A stretch of 64,000 nt of DNA from the human T2T-CHM13v2.0 reference genome, Homo sapiens. A program made the position numbers and the translations under genes. The notes below the pieces were generated by a model, which made no database searches, was not told the origin of the DNA, and was given only the letters and a program-made list of their open reading frames with translations. Below are positions 1-11,513 of the stretch, one piece after another. The first letter of the stretch is position 1, and every line of letters begins with the position of its first letter. The stretch lies in assembly GCF_009914755.1 (NCBI RefSeq), contig NC_060928.1; one strand, written 5' to 3'.

Positions 1-259
1 AATCTCTAGCATTTCTGTACCCACCTCCTCTATAAACTTCCTTCCTCTCCAACCCTATCTCCCAAACCAACTCCTGGTAAATTGACAAAAAGGTACATCA
101 TTTGCCCAATACACAAGATGGCCTTTAAAGGAAGACCAAAACCTCATCAAAGCTGCAGGAGGTAACAAGCATCGGTCGATGCAAGTAAAAGTAATAAACC
201 TGATCATGATGAAGCCTCTCTCAGTGCTGAAAGGTATCTTGTAATGATTTATAGAAAAC

Positions 260-420
260 ACTGGAACTGACTCAGGAATACCAGGGTTCAAATCCAGCTT
301 CCTCCAAAATGGTTACCTTTAGAAAATTATTTGATCTTTGCTTGCCATAAGTTAACAATTAAGATCCCACCTCAAGAGTGGATGTAAGGATCCTGTGTGA
401 CAATGGACATTGTTATTACC
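260..420 (+). mobile_element. MIR SINE fragment
   Basis: GGGTTCAAATCCAGCT B-box-like MIR motif followed by a degenerate MIR core. Confidence 0.5.
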
Positions 421-756
421 ATCTTTCTTGCTGTGGACTTGGTGTGAGTGATAATCGTGGTTAGTTCTCTTCCTTACACTTCATGTAAAACATATTACTT
501 AATCTGCCCTTTAGTCTTAACAAAAAGTACAACTTACACTTTCAGGTAGTTTAGTGTGATGAAGCAGACACTTACTGGTCTAATTTTACCCCAAGCACAG
601 GGAAAACCCAAAAGTCATCTCAGGAGCCAATTAATCAGAGAGAGATAATTAAATTTTACACATTGGACTAAGTTTTAACTAGGACACTAAGGCTACCTTG
701 AGGATTACGTAGTCCTCTCTGCTTTGGGGGAAATGCAATTTTTGCAATTACACAAT

Positions 757-1150
757 TGTTCAGTTCAACAAATACTTATTGACGATTTGCTACATGCCAG
801 AGCCTGCACACTCTGGATACTAATAAGAATTAGACCCTCTCTCTGACTTTGAAAGACCCCCCAGTCCAGTAGGTTGAGTCAAACACACGGATTTTGATGT
901 ATAAATGATAACACAGAGGTACACAGGGAATTGGGGGATGGTTTCCTATGAAGAATGCTGGGACCAAGCCAAGTAAGTAAGAGTTACATGCATGATGAGA
1001 AGTGGGAAGGGTATGCCAGGCAGAGGGAACAGCACAAACAAACCCTATAAGTGTTTATACAGGGAGCTACATGTTGGTCATTTTTACTAGAAAATAAACA
1101 TAAAAGAGCAGAGTCTGGAACATGAGGCTAGGGAGTATGAGAAACAACTC
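757..1150 (-). mobile_element. L2 LINE 3' fragment
   Basis: TTCAACAAATACTTATTGA...CTACATGCCAG is the antisense L2 3' terminus; continues as purine-rich L2 body. Confidence 0.65.
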
Positions 1151-1964
1151 ACCCATGAATAGGAGATATAATGCCATGCATTACCAAAGGATTCTTTCCT
1201 TTCCCAGCAATTCATCCCATGGTTTTTATTAAAGATCAAAACACACAAGAAAAATGTGTTCCAGTTTGTAAAACCCAAATGTATAACAGATTTCAAAGAA
1301 AATGTCCATTACCCAAATGAGGAACAGCAGGATACATGAATGTCAGGGATGAGAGTCTCAGGAGAGCCTTTGGCTAAAACTCACAAAAACCTACATCTGA
1401 GTTAGATGAAACATTCAGAGCTTAACCATCCCTCTCCTAAACTCTTCAATTTATTGACTTCAGTAATTTGAGGTCTCTCAATCTAGAACCCATTCATGAA
1501 AAATAAGTTCTCTTCCCTCTGCCCTACCAGAAAAGCGTTTACTTTCACTTCCAAGACGTTTCAGGAGTCTAATGATCATATTCATTCATCAGTGATATGT
1601 GTAAATATTTGAACAGTTATTAATGAAAGCTCATGATGAAAGGTAGTTGTTCATCTGGAAAGTGTCTGTAGATTGAATGATTCTGTTTATAACTTGCGTT
1701 CATTTCCTCCCACTTCCCCATCATATTTACTGCGTGGGACACCCTGGCCCACGGTCACTCTGTGTGTTCTCTTCCTTGTTCCGATTGAGGCTATTGTACA
1801 AACCAAAGTCTGGAGTACAACTTTAAATGCCATATTGCATTTTATTCTTCTCAGAATCTACCACTAGAAGAAACTCTTGGGTTCGTAGCCTCATAGGAGT
1901 CTCTAAAAAAGAATCCAAAACACAAAACTACACATTTAAATCATCTGAAAGAGAAAACAGGTCA

Positions 1965-2665
1965 CAGTGATAGTTTACCCTTTATTCTTTTCTCCCCACT
2001 CCCTCCCCATTCCATTCTCCTTCTCTGCTCTGCATCTTGGAGGCCCATATAAAGCCTCCCCTAGGTGCTTTTACCTGCTGGCTTCCTGATGGCTTCAGCC
2101 AATGTGAAGCACCGCCAGAAAACCAGGAAGTGGGGTGGGAGAGGGCTCAAGGCCTCTCTTTTTCACTTCCTCCCTGCTCCTGGGCTGCCTTTCTAGAGGC
2201 ATCTCTGTTGTTCTACAACTTTACCCCCTACTGGACAGTTACCCCACCATAACTCCAGTTCTCATAGGCTAAGGTAATGAATGCTGTGTCCTCTTTTTTA
2301 CCTTTGGCCCTAGGAGAGTTAAGTCCAGAGATATATCCAGGTTTTAGGGGGCCCGAAACTTGTATGATTAAATTTGTAAATTTTGTAAAAAGAATATGAC
2401 TATGAGAAGATATTGCTGGTTCCTCTCAGGGCCTTGGAAGGGCTTATACAATGTAAGGAACCCTGAAACTTAAAAACTTTATTAGTTTCACGCCAAGTCT
2501 CCACTCAGCTAAAGACTTTCAGTTTTTGCTAATCTTTTAGTGCCTCTACGTGGCTATTTGTTCTCTTTACATGGACACACCTCTCTCAATAGTTCTTTCA
2601 TTAAAGTCTACTCATTTAAACAATCTGCATAGATTCTATGTCCTGAAGAACTCCTGGTCCATAAA
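1965..2665 (+). mobile_element. LTR33-like ERVL LTR, interrupted by a DNA transposon
   Basis: CTGGCTTCCTGATGGCTTCAGCCAATG, CCCTAGG and CACACCTCT..AATAGTTCTTTCATTAAA resemble the recalled LTR33 consensus. Confidence 0.6.
2325..2508 (-). mobile_element. hAT-Tip100 non-autonomous DNA transposon (Arthur1/MER69-like) nested in the LTR
   Basis: ATCCAGGTTTTAGGGGGCCCGAAACTT and GGGCCTTGGAAGGG...CCCTGAAACTTAA resemble the recalled consensus ends. Confidence 0.5.
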
Positions 2666-3036
2666 CCTACTATAATGCATTACATGAATGCATTATATTA
2701 CTACTATAATGCATTACAACCTTCCTTTCTTCCCCTATTGCCTACCTACCTGAAAAGACATTAAAGTTTGCTATAACTTACTTAGGTCTAACTTTTGAGT
2801 CTCACCTTTCTTTCTGAAAATAGTAAATAAATAAATAAATAAAACTAAGCATGACTAGAAGGAAACACCATATTCTATCATGAGCTTTTTCCAAGCTGAT
2901 CACAAGCTAAATGTGTTGGATATGTACTCATTAAATGTGTAAAAGAAATATAATAATACCCTTTCAAAGACATGTTTGGTCAACTAAGATTTTTAGTCGG
3001 TGTAATTGCAATGTAGCTATCTAGCATTTCTGAATC

Positions 3037-3128
3037 ACTCCTTACTCTTCCTCTTGAATAAATCTCTTAGTAGAAAGTATTACTCCGTACTATTCCTTTT
3101 GAATAAATGTCTAGTAGAAGGTATTACT
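3037..3128. repeat. Imperfect tandem duplication, ~45-bp unit x2
   Basis: ACTCCTTACTCTTCCTCTTGAATAAATCTCTTAGTAGAAAGTATT vs ACTCCGTACTATTCCTTTTGAATAAATGTCTAGTAGAAGGTATT. Confidence 0.9.
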
Positions 3129-5389
3129 ATGTTACAGAAACAGAGAGAAAAACTTTATTATGGAACAATGTTGGATTGGATTGGTTTAACCATACAGGAT
3201 GCAGTCTGCAGGTATTTGAGTCAGATATTTGAATGATCAGCTTTTTGTCTTTACTGTAATATTTGGAGTATGCATTAGAGATTAGGAAATCCTTATAGAG
3301 TAATATCCCCAGGGAAGTAGCCAGGGTCTCATTGCGCTGAACATTCAAAACTCACTTAAATTAATCCTGCAACAGTGCATTGCATGATCTGTTGATTCTT
3401 TTCAATTTTCAGAACCATGTCATTACTAATGCCCACTGACAGAATACTTGGGAACAAAAGAAATAGTAACCGTTTTATAATCGATTCAAGTCGTCAAACA
3501 ACTTCACCTTCCAAAGTTAGAAACTCCAAGAGATATGTGCCAAGAAGAAAATACAAGGCTACATTGTCACATGTGGAAAACAATAGTATTCCAGGCACCT
3601 CGTATGATAAAAATGCTTCCAGTTAGAACAGCACATACATTGTTATGAAGATTTTTCATAAGACCGTACTGTCTACTAGAAAATATTCAGTTAAATTTCT
3701 TTTAAAATAAGGCTTCTTCCCTCCACCTTATAACTTACTCACCTAACCCCTTATACTAAGTATTTTTTTTTTAACTCTGCATAGCAATTTCACAACTAAG
3801 AGTTTACATTGCTTGTGGACACTGGCTAGCTTTATCAACCAAGCTGAAATTTACATTCTCACATTTTTAATAGTGTTTCTAGGATGAAAGAAAAAGTATG
3901 GGCGAATGAGATCTTCATAGCAAATTCACCAAACTAAATGTGGTACAGAAAATAAGCATGCTAAGTTTTTCCACTCTAGCAGTTTAGTAATGCTAACTGT
4001 GTTGATACAGTTTTCATACATTGCACATTTACTAAGAAGTTAATCCAAGGCATATGTTAGTAACCAAATATATATTTATTTTAAGCAACGGTCATTTTAG
4101 AGGCTCTCTGGACAATTTTGTTATTTATAATTTAAATGCAATATATACTCTCTTATATTAAAAAATAACTACAGAATTATTTCACACTGTTACAACTCAA
4201 GGTCTTCCAGAAAAAGCTCACATTTAAAAGTTTAATGTGAAGAAGTTTAAGTAAAAGTTTGAAATATTCTTGGTAATCATATAACATAATTTTAGCATAA
4301 TTCTTATAGATGCCAATCTGAAATATAGATGTTTGATTGATATTTGATTAAGAAGGCAAACTAAGATGGAGAATAAGAATATAAATATAAAACATAGGTA
4401 TTTGTTTCTGCAAAGTTGTGAAGAAATGGATTGTTTCATATTCGGGGCAATATTCTGTTCTTTTTATTTTTAATAATTATAACTTGCTGGATATCTGAGT
4501 CAATTTCTCTATTTTCTAACTCTTAAGGCTGTACCAAGAAGATATTTACAGTAATTGAAGATATAAGGAAATTACCTGGTACTTAACACCACAGCCCAAA
4601 TATTATATTCACAACCAGGAAATAGCAACACGTAAATCTCCTGTTTTACTGCTGTCTTGCTCTTTTCACTAAGCATCGCTGGGTATCAGTATTTGTAGAA
4701 GAGATGTCAGAGTGTAGCTAATAAGAAAAGGCAGAGGTAAAAAGCCAATAACATTCAATTTTTCTTCAAACTCTTTCTTTTAAAGGGAAGTTATACTTCA
4801 ATTGAAGAGATAACCAAAATGTTTATCTACATTCAATTTAAGTTCAAATCAAGGTCCAGGTATTAAATACCAACATGGTTATTTGCAGCATTCTCTCAAA
4901 ACAGAAGAATATCCATAGCAGTGATTTCTTTATTGCTGCTTTTAAAATGTGTTCAAAACATCTAATGCTTGTGTTTCTATAAATAAATGTTAATTCTTTA
5001 CCCTAGAAAACCTCTAGAAATACACACAGCATCTGCCCAGAATATAAAACAACATTGATTTATGCCTTGAAAGTAGAGTTATAATGAATAACAAATTCAT
5101 TATGATGGCATAAAAATATCAAAATAAATTACTCCCTAGTATCTACACCACATTGTAGGTTATTAGTTATTAATATCATTATTCATGACAGGCCTAACTA
5201 CTGATGTAAAGGAGCAATTTTCTTTATTACTACGATTCCTCTAAAATCAGTTAGTTGGCAAGGGCAGGAATCAAGGTAGCTTACAGTGAACGTTCAGGAA
5301 AGCAACAGCATTGGGTGAAAAACACACAGGATTAAAGCAAAAAAACTTGGGCTATAACACGATCATTTATTAACTATTGAGTAACAAGA

Positions 5390-5612
5390 ATAACAGATGA
5401 TTCATATTGAGCACTTATTATGTGCTAGGCTTTGGGATAAGCACAACAGTTGCATTATTCCTATTTTGTTCTGATCTCATGAGGTTGAATTTGTATCTTC
5501 ATTTTACAAGTAAGAAAAGTCAAGGCACAGAAAATTTAAGTAACTAATTACATATTGATAAATAGCCATGTTAGAACAAGAACTGAAGTCTTCCTGACTC
5601 CCAAATGCTCTC
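5390..5612 (-). mobile_element. MIR SINE
   Basis: ATTGAGCACTTATTATGTGCTAGG and CATTTTACAAGTAAGAAAAGTCAAGGCACAGA, antisense MIR core. Confidence 0.75.
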
Positions 5613-5617
5613 TCTAG

Positions 5618-5937
5618 ACCTGAAGTCAGGAAACTTTCCGTAAAGAGTCAGATTGCAAATTTTTCAGCTTTGAGGTTCATATGTTCTCAACTCTGCCATG
5701 TAAATCAAAAGCAGCGATAGGCAGTGTGTCAGTGAACAGGCATGGCTATCCAATAAAACTATTTATGGACACCGAAATCTGAATTTCATATAATTGTTAT
5801 ATAACACAAAACATTATTCTTCCTTTGAGTTTTCTTCAACTATTTAAAAATATAAAAACCATTATTAGCTTACAGACTACACAAAAACAGCTAGTGGGCT
5901 GGATTTGGTGTGAGGGCTGGAGTTTGTCAATACCTGC
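5618..5937 (+). mobile_element. MER58B (hAT-Charlie)
   Basis: AAACTTTCCGTAAAG...CTCAACTCTGCC...CCAATAAAACTATTTATGGACAC...GGGCTGGATTTGG. Confidence 0.8.
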
Positions 5938-5944
5938 TCCAGAC

Positions 5945-6110
5945 TCCTGCTCCTCTCACTTTAATGTACATGCCCATCACCTGTGGATCTTATTAAAATG
6001 CAGATTTTGATTCAATAGGTCTGAGGTGGGGTTTGGAAGTTCTAGATTTCTAACAAGCTCCCAGGTGACATTGATGCTGCTGGTCTTGGGACCACGATCT
6101 CAGTAGCAAA
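5945..6110. mobile_element. MER5 (MER5A/B) hAT-Charlie MITE
   Basis: ATCACCTG..GATCTTATTAAAATGCAGATT...TTTCTAACAAGCTCCCAGGTGA..TGATGCTGCTGGT. Confidence 0.8.
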
Positions 6111-6639
6111 GCTCTGCACTCTAATGATATCTTAAGCAATCTCTGAAGATGCAGATTTTCCTATATCCAGGGTTTGAGTTAATGACTCACAGAGTCAAAC
6201 CACAGAGTTGTCTGAGCTTGGAGCCTTAGAGCCCCCTCCTCCCATTCTTGTTTTTCTGCCACTAAAATATCTCTCCAGAAGCTCTGTCCCTCTCTACCCC
6301 CAAGATCATTGACAAACCATATTCTCCAAACAGGTCACTCACTAGTCCTCTTTTTTCTTCAGTCCCTCCCACTTTGAAATCTTTCCTCTATTTAATGACC
6401 TAAGAGTTCCTTCTCTCTAAAATACAATGCAAATATTTCCCTCCATGATTTATACCCATCTCAGTAGTGGTCCAATGCACACATAATAAAATTCAAATGC
6501 TAAGCTCTTCAAAGTCTCACCAAACCAAGCTTGCCAATTTTGTCTTGCACCATTTCCTTATAATCATTGTAACCATAGCCACAAAGTCTTGTTAACTTCC
6601 TAGGTAGAAGGCACAATTGTATTTCATTTCATCTTTGCT

Positions 6640-6795
6640 TCAGACTAGCGCATGAGGTAGGTGCCCTTAGTTCCATTTTACAGATAACGAAACTAATAGC
6701 TTCAATTGCACCAAGTTACAGTGCTCGTAACTGGTGGGACCAGGATTTTAACTCAGGCACTCTGACAGCAAAGCCCACATTCTAACCACTACAAG
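6640..6795 (-). mobile_element. MIR SINE
   Basis: CCATTTTACAGATAACGAAACT...GGATTTTAACTCAGGCACTCTGAC. Confidence 0.7.
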
Positions 6796-6939
6796 ATACT
6801 CCTTTCCCAAGTTCACATGCTAATCACAGCGAAGTGCTTCAGAGACAGGCCATGTCATTTCCTGCCACCCAGCCTATGCAGTGCTCATCCTCTGCCTACA
6901 ACCCTCGTTAGTCATCAGATGCCTCCTTCTCCCCTCTCA

Positions 6940-7470
6940 GCAGTCAGCTCACATGTCACTTCCTCTGAGAGTGTCCCTTGTCTCCCTCTCTTCCCAACAT
7001 ATGAAAATGCCAACAGAGTCATTTTGTTTTCTGTGTCTGTTTCCCCTAGGAATGTTGACCTCCCTTAAGGCAGGGTCTCTGTTTTATTTTTTTCTGGTAT
7101 TGACATTAGCTAAAACTACCCTTGGTAGGTAGGGTATTCAAGAAATATGATAGATGAACAAGAGGAATGAATAATAAATGAATGGATAGGCAATCGATTT
7201 AGCAGACCATCCTTAGCCTAGTTTCTACATCTGTATAAAGAAGGGATTGAAACATAGGTTTTAAATAGTTTTCATCAATAGCCATCATGTATCTATTCAT
7301 TTACTGACTCCAATGTTTATTGAGTGCCTACAGCATGCCAGGCACCATTCTAGGTCCTAAGCATGCAACTGCAAAGAAAGCAAAGTCCCTCTTCTAATGC
7401 CACCTACTGTCTGATGGGAGAGAGAGAACAAGGTGGTAGTGATAAATGCCACAGAGGGAAAAAAGCCCAC
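6940..7470. mobile_element. Two L2 3' fragments in opposite orientation (+ ~6940-7185; - ~7290-7470)
   Basis: ATGTCACTTCCTCTGAGA...GAATGAAT tail; TTTATTGAGTGCCTACAGCATGCCAGGCACCATTCTAGG. Confidence 0.65.
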
Positions 7471-9929
7471 TAAAGGAGTACTTTTTAATGTAGATATCCA
7501 CATACACATAACAAGCATAGTTATTTATAGGTGATATTTATAATTTTATTAATCAACTCTTTTGTGTGCAATTAAGAAACAGCTCCCTCTGGTCTTTAAA
7601 AAACATGAGGAAAACCTGGAATGTTGACAAAAAGATAGGGGGAACCTGAGTTTAGGTTGATTATAGAGTCCATTTGGGGCCTGAAAATTGTAGTTTTGCA
7701 GTCGATCTACTCAGTTGCTAGGAGTCCATCCCTGTGTGTGCATTTAAATTCAGATACTACAAATAGGAAAACTGGAGAGAGATGAAACAAAAGCTTCCCA
7801 TAGTTTAAGAAACAGTATTTTTTGGAGGAATGAAACTTTTACTTGCTTGGCTGTATGTAATAAGTGCAAATAACTCTGTTCAGTTCAAGTTTGAGTCAAT
7901 TCGAAGCACTGGGCGATTTTTACAATAATCATCATTTTACTTACTTTTCATTTTAATTACTGGTCATGTTTACTGTATATAGAATTAAAGGTGTAATATA
8001 AATGTAAGCATACCTCTAGATGAAACAATTTGAAATCCTTATTAGATGTTCAGAAAACTCCAGGAAGACAAACATGTAAGTCAGTGTACTGAGGTTATAA
8101 ATAGCCAATAAATAGATTTCAGATGTACCACAAATTCATAACAAAAATAGATTTGAGCCTGGGGTCCTAAACAATTTCCAAGTTTATAACTCAAAAATTT
8201 CTTTATGTTTTCTAAAACTCTGCTTTATTTTATGTAAATACATCTGTATTAAGTGTAATCTACTCCAGCAATTCATTTTGCCTTAATGGTATCAATTTTT
8301 CTCAAATACAAGGGAGTTTTTCAAAAGGTAATCTTACATGGACATCAATACATACCTATGTTTGTGAGCATAACTCATTGTGCTTTCTTTTTAAAACACT
8401 CAAATATCTAATGTAAAATATTTATACCATAATATTTATAGTAAAATTATCTCTAGAAAGTGTTAAGCTTATTCAAGTAACAGAATTGTCTTTAATCAAG
8501 ACTCAGACATGGAATAAAAATAGATTGACATGCCCTTCCTACTAAGAAAGGCTAGAAAATGTTAGCAGCAATATATTCGAATAGAATACTATTTGCCTTA
8601 GTTCTTTAAAAATATGTTTATTTGTATTATTTATCCTTAAAGGGCTTATTCATATTGACAGAGCAGAATTTGGAACATATCCTAGAACTTGAGTATGCAA
8701 ATAAATGACTTTAGCTAGTACTCTTGATGTATTTACCAAACCAAAAAAAAAAAAAAAGAGCGAGAAAGAAATCTTCATCACATGGAAAAACTGAATTCTA
8801 TGCTCAGTTCTGTTCCAAACAGGTTCTCTCAATAGGAGAGGAGTCTCCCCTTTACCATCTCATCAGAGAATGAATGCAAATGTGACTATATTGATCGAAG
8901 GGGCGGCATTGCCCACCATATGGTGCTCCTCAATGGAGTCAACATGAGGAGGAGCTCTTTGCTGACAGAGAGCTAAGCAGGGAACAAAGTGAACACCTGG
9001 TCAGATAAAAATCCATCAGGATACATGAACTGGCTGCCCAGTCTCCAAATTACGTGCAGGCATCAAATCCAAGGTAAAATGAAATGTGCCCCTCTTGCAT
9101 ATTTCAGTACTTATTATGGCGTTAGAATGTGTATGACATACTCCTGAGTGCAGAAACCTTCTCAATTGACCAGTATGATTGCTAACTCTACAGAAGGTGA
9201 TAATAAGATGTAGAAAACAGAGTAAGAGTAATTAGAAGTAAAAAATCCACTCTGTTTCTTCAGTAGGGGCATACCAGCATGACGTGGCTTTGGGGAAAAT
9301 CACTTGCCTGCCTTCCTCTTGGCAACTTGGAAAGATGCCAACAGGAATATAATGAGTCTTGCTGCCCTTCTAAACCCTCAAGAAGCTATGAGCTCTTGGG
9401 GTCTCCTATGAAGATGGAAGGAGAAAGGTATTTATGACAGGTCAGTCTTCTTCCTTCTTAGCTGTCCTGATCAGTGCTTCTTTGTCCTTCTCATGTATAG
9501 AGCAGAACTTTCATATTAGCCGGGAAGGTAATGGTGGCAGAAGATTTCAAATATTTGGATGCACAAGTCAAGGCTGCTTATCAGTAAGCGCACCAGGCCA
9601 TGATAAGCTCAGCAGGCTCATGCAATGAGTGCCCAAAAGCAGAGGGGAAACCTTGAGTCTGTAAAAAAGCAACTCAGCCTATAAACTTGGTCAGCCTGGG
9701 CAAGTGCTCAAAATGGCAATTTCAAGGCCAGACTAATGAGCTAATAAATTATAGTTAGTTCACACACAACACGGTATGATTTTTCCTGCTGAGTTGAATC
9801 AGGCAACAATCTAGGCTAACCTTTAAAAACTGATTTGAAATCCCCTGATAAGGTGGCCAGATAGATTCAGCCTCTACTTTAGATAGGAAGGTCTAAATAT
9901 TTATTCTTTTGTGTCGGGAATGTCTCTAG

Positions 9930-10152
9930 ATCAGTAACAGTTTTGTTGCTCAAGGGACACCTGGCAATATCAGGGGACATTTTTTTGTTGTGACAACTGC
10001 TGGGATGCAAGAGGGGAGAGATGACTGGCATTGAGTAGGTGGAGGCCAGGGATGTTGCTGAACATTCTACATCACACAGAACAGCCTCACACAACAAAAA
10101 AATTACCTGGCCTAAAATGTCAATAATGCTGGGGTATGATCAAGAAACCCTT
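9930..10152 (+). mobile_element. MER20 (hAT-Charlie)
   Basis: GGCATTGAGTAGGTGGAGGCCAGGGATGTTGCTGAACATTCTAC...AAAATGTCAATAATGCTG. Confidence 0.85.
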
Positions 10153-11351
10153 CTCTAGAACGTACAAAAGTAGGTAAATGACAACTAGTTTGGCCAAAAC
10201 AATGAGCTGCTCATCTTTGGCTCCTATTTTGAAAGGTAGGAATGGCCAAAACCCATGAGCCTACTTGGGCAAGACTTGGGCAGGTAAATCCTTCATAGAG
10301 TTTCGCTGTGCATAACACACTTATCCTGTGAAAATGACTACAAGGAAAATGGTGAAATTATCATTATTTCCGGCAGAGAGCACCATCATCTGGAACTGTG
10401 TGATGTGTCCTGCAGATGGGTTAGTTTAACAAGCAAGTTCAATTAGCTCTCTTATTTCTACCTAAGGCAAAGCCATCACATTGTTAAATTGCCTGAGGCC
10501 TCGGGCTCCCCTTAATCTGCCCAAATTCATAAAATAATTAAGCATTACTAACATAAGTCTTTCCAGTTTCTCTGGGAAACTGATGGAATAATTGGGCTTC
10601 TATGTACATGGTAAAACCATGGTAGCTAGAGTAATCCCTCTGAACAGTGAGTGTTCTCAGCATTATCAAGGAAATGATCTATAAATAATTGCATTAATTA
10701 TGTTTCTATGTTTTAACTTAGCTAAGTCTACATGTTGGTAAAAGAAAAGAAGATGGCTAAGAGAATGTGTATGTGTGCGTGTGTAATTTTTCTAGAAAGC
10801 GCTTTTAAAAAAGCAGCACAATTCTAGGTAGCAATAATAATGTCAGGAAAGAGGGAAGTAACACCGTCTTACTATTTTCACCTCCTAACAGTACTATCTT
10901 TCCATGAAAGTTCTGCCACCATAACAGAACTTCCGATGACAGAGCAGTGATTTAGGTTTAATCTCCCTCTGACCAAAATTTCACTGCACTCGAAAGAAGA
11001 AGGTCAAAATCTCCTAACTGGAGGATCAGGGAAGAGTAATGTTACTTCTTGAGGATTTCAGGGATGCAGCTAAAACAAATGATATGATTTATCCTTACAC
11101 TTCTACAGAAACCATAGGACAGTGGGAAGTTCTCAGCATGTTTAAAATGTATCTTCATAACCTATTGGGGAGACTAGACATCGCCCCTGCTTCCCTGCAC
11201 ATCTTATCCTTTCTATAAACAGTGACAACATGTGTGGGTAATTTCAGCATGAATCCATTTCCCAGAGCAACCCATAACAACCAGGCTGACTGACAAGGAC
11301 TCGCTATCTCCCACACTGCCCTGTCACCTGTTACTGCATTGTAACCACAAG

Positions 11352-11513
11352 GTGCCAGAACTGGCCCTCTTCCCTGTGGTAATTGGGACAGGTATTAAAT
11401 GGCCATGTTCTTCGCCTCCCACAAGCCCCCTGTGCCAGAACTGGCCCTCTTCCCTGTGGTAATTGGGACAGGTATTAAATGGCCATGTTCTTCGCCTCCC
11501 ACAAGCCCCCTGT
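11352..11513. repeat. Perfect 80-bp tandem duplication (2 copies)
   Basis: 11352-11431 is identical to 11432-11511 (GTGCCAGAACTGG...ACAAGCCCCCT), followed by GT. Confidence 0.97.

Noticed and set aside
8823-9073. Plus-strand exon candidate (AAACAG|...AAG|GTAAAA)
   Set aside because: Stops in all three frames and weak splice signals
11352-11513. CRISPR-like or minisatellite array
   Set aside because: Only two abutting copies with no spacers, in a eukaryotic context with no cas genes
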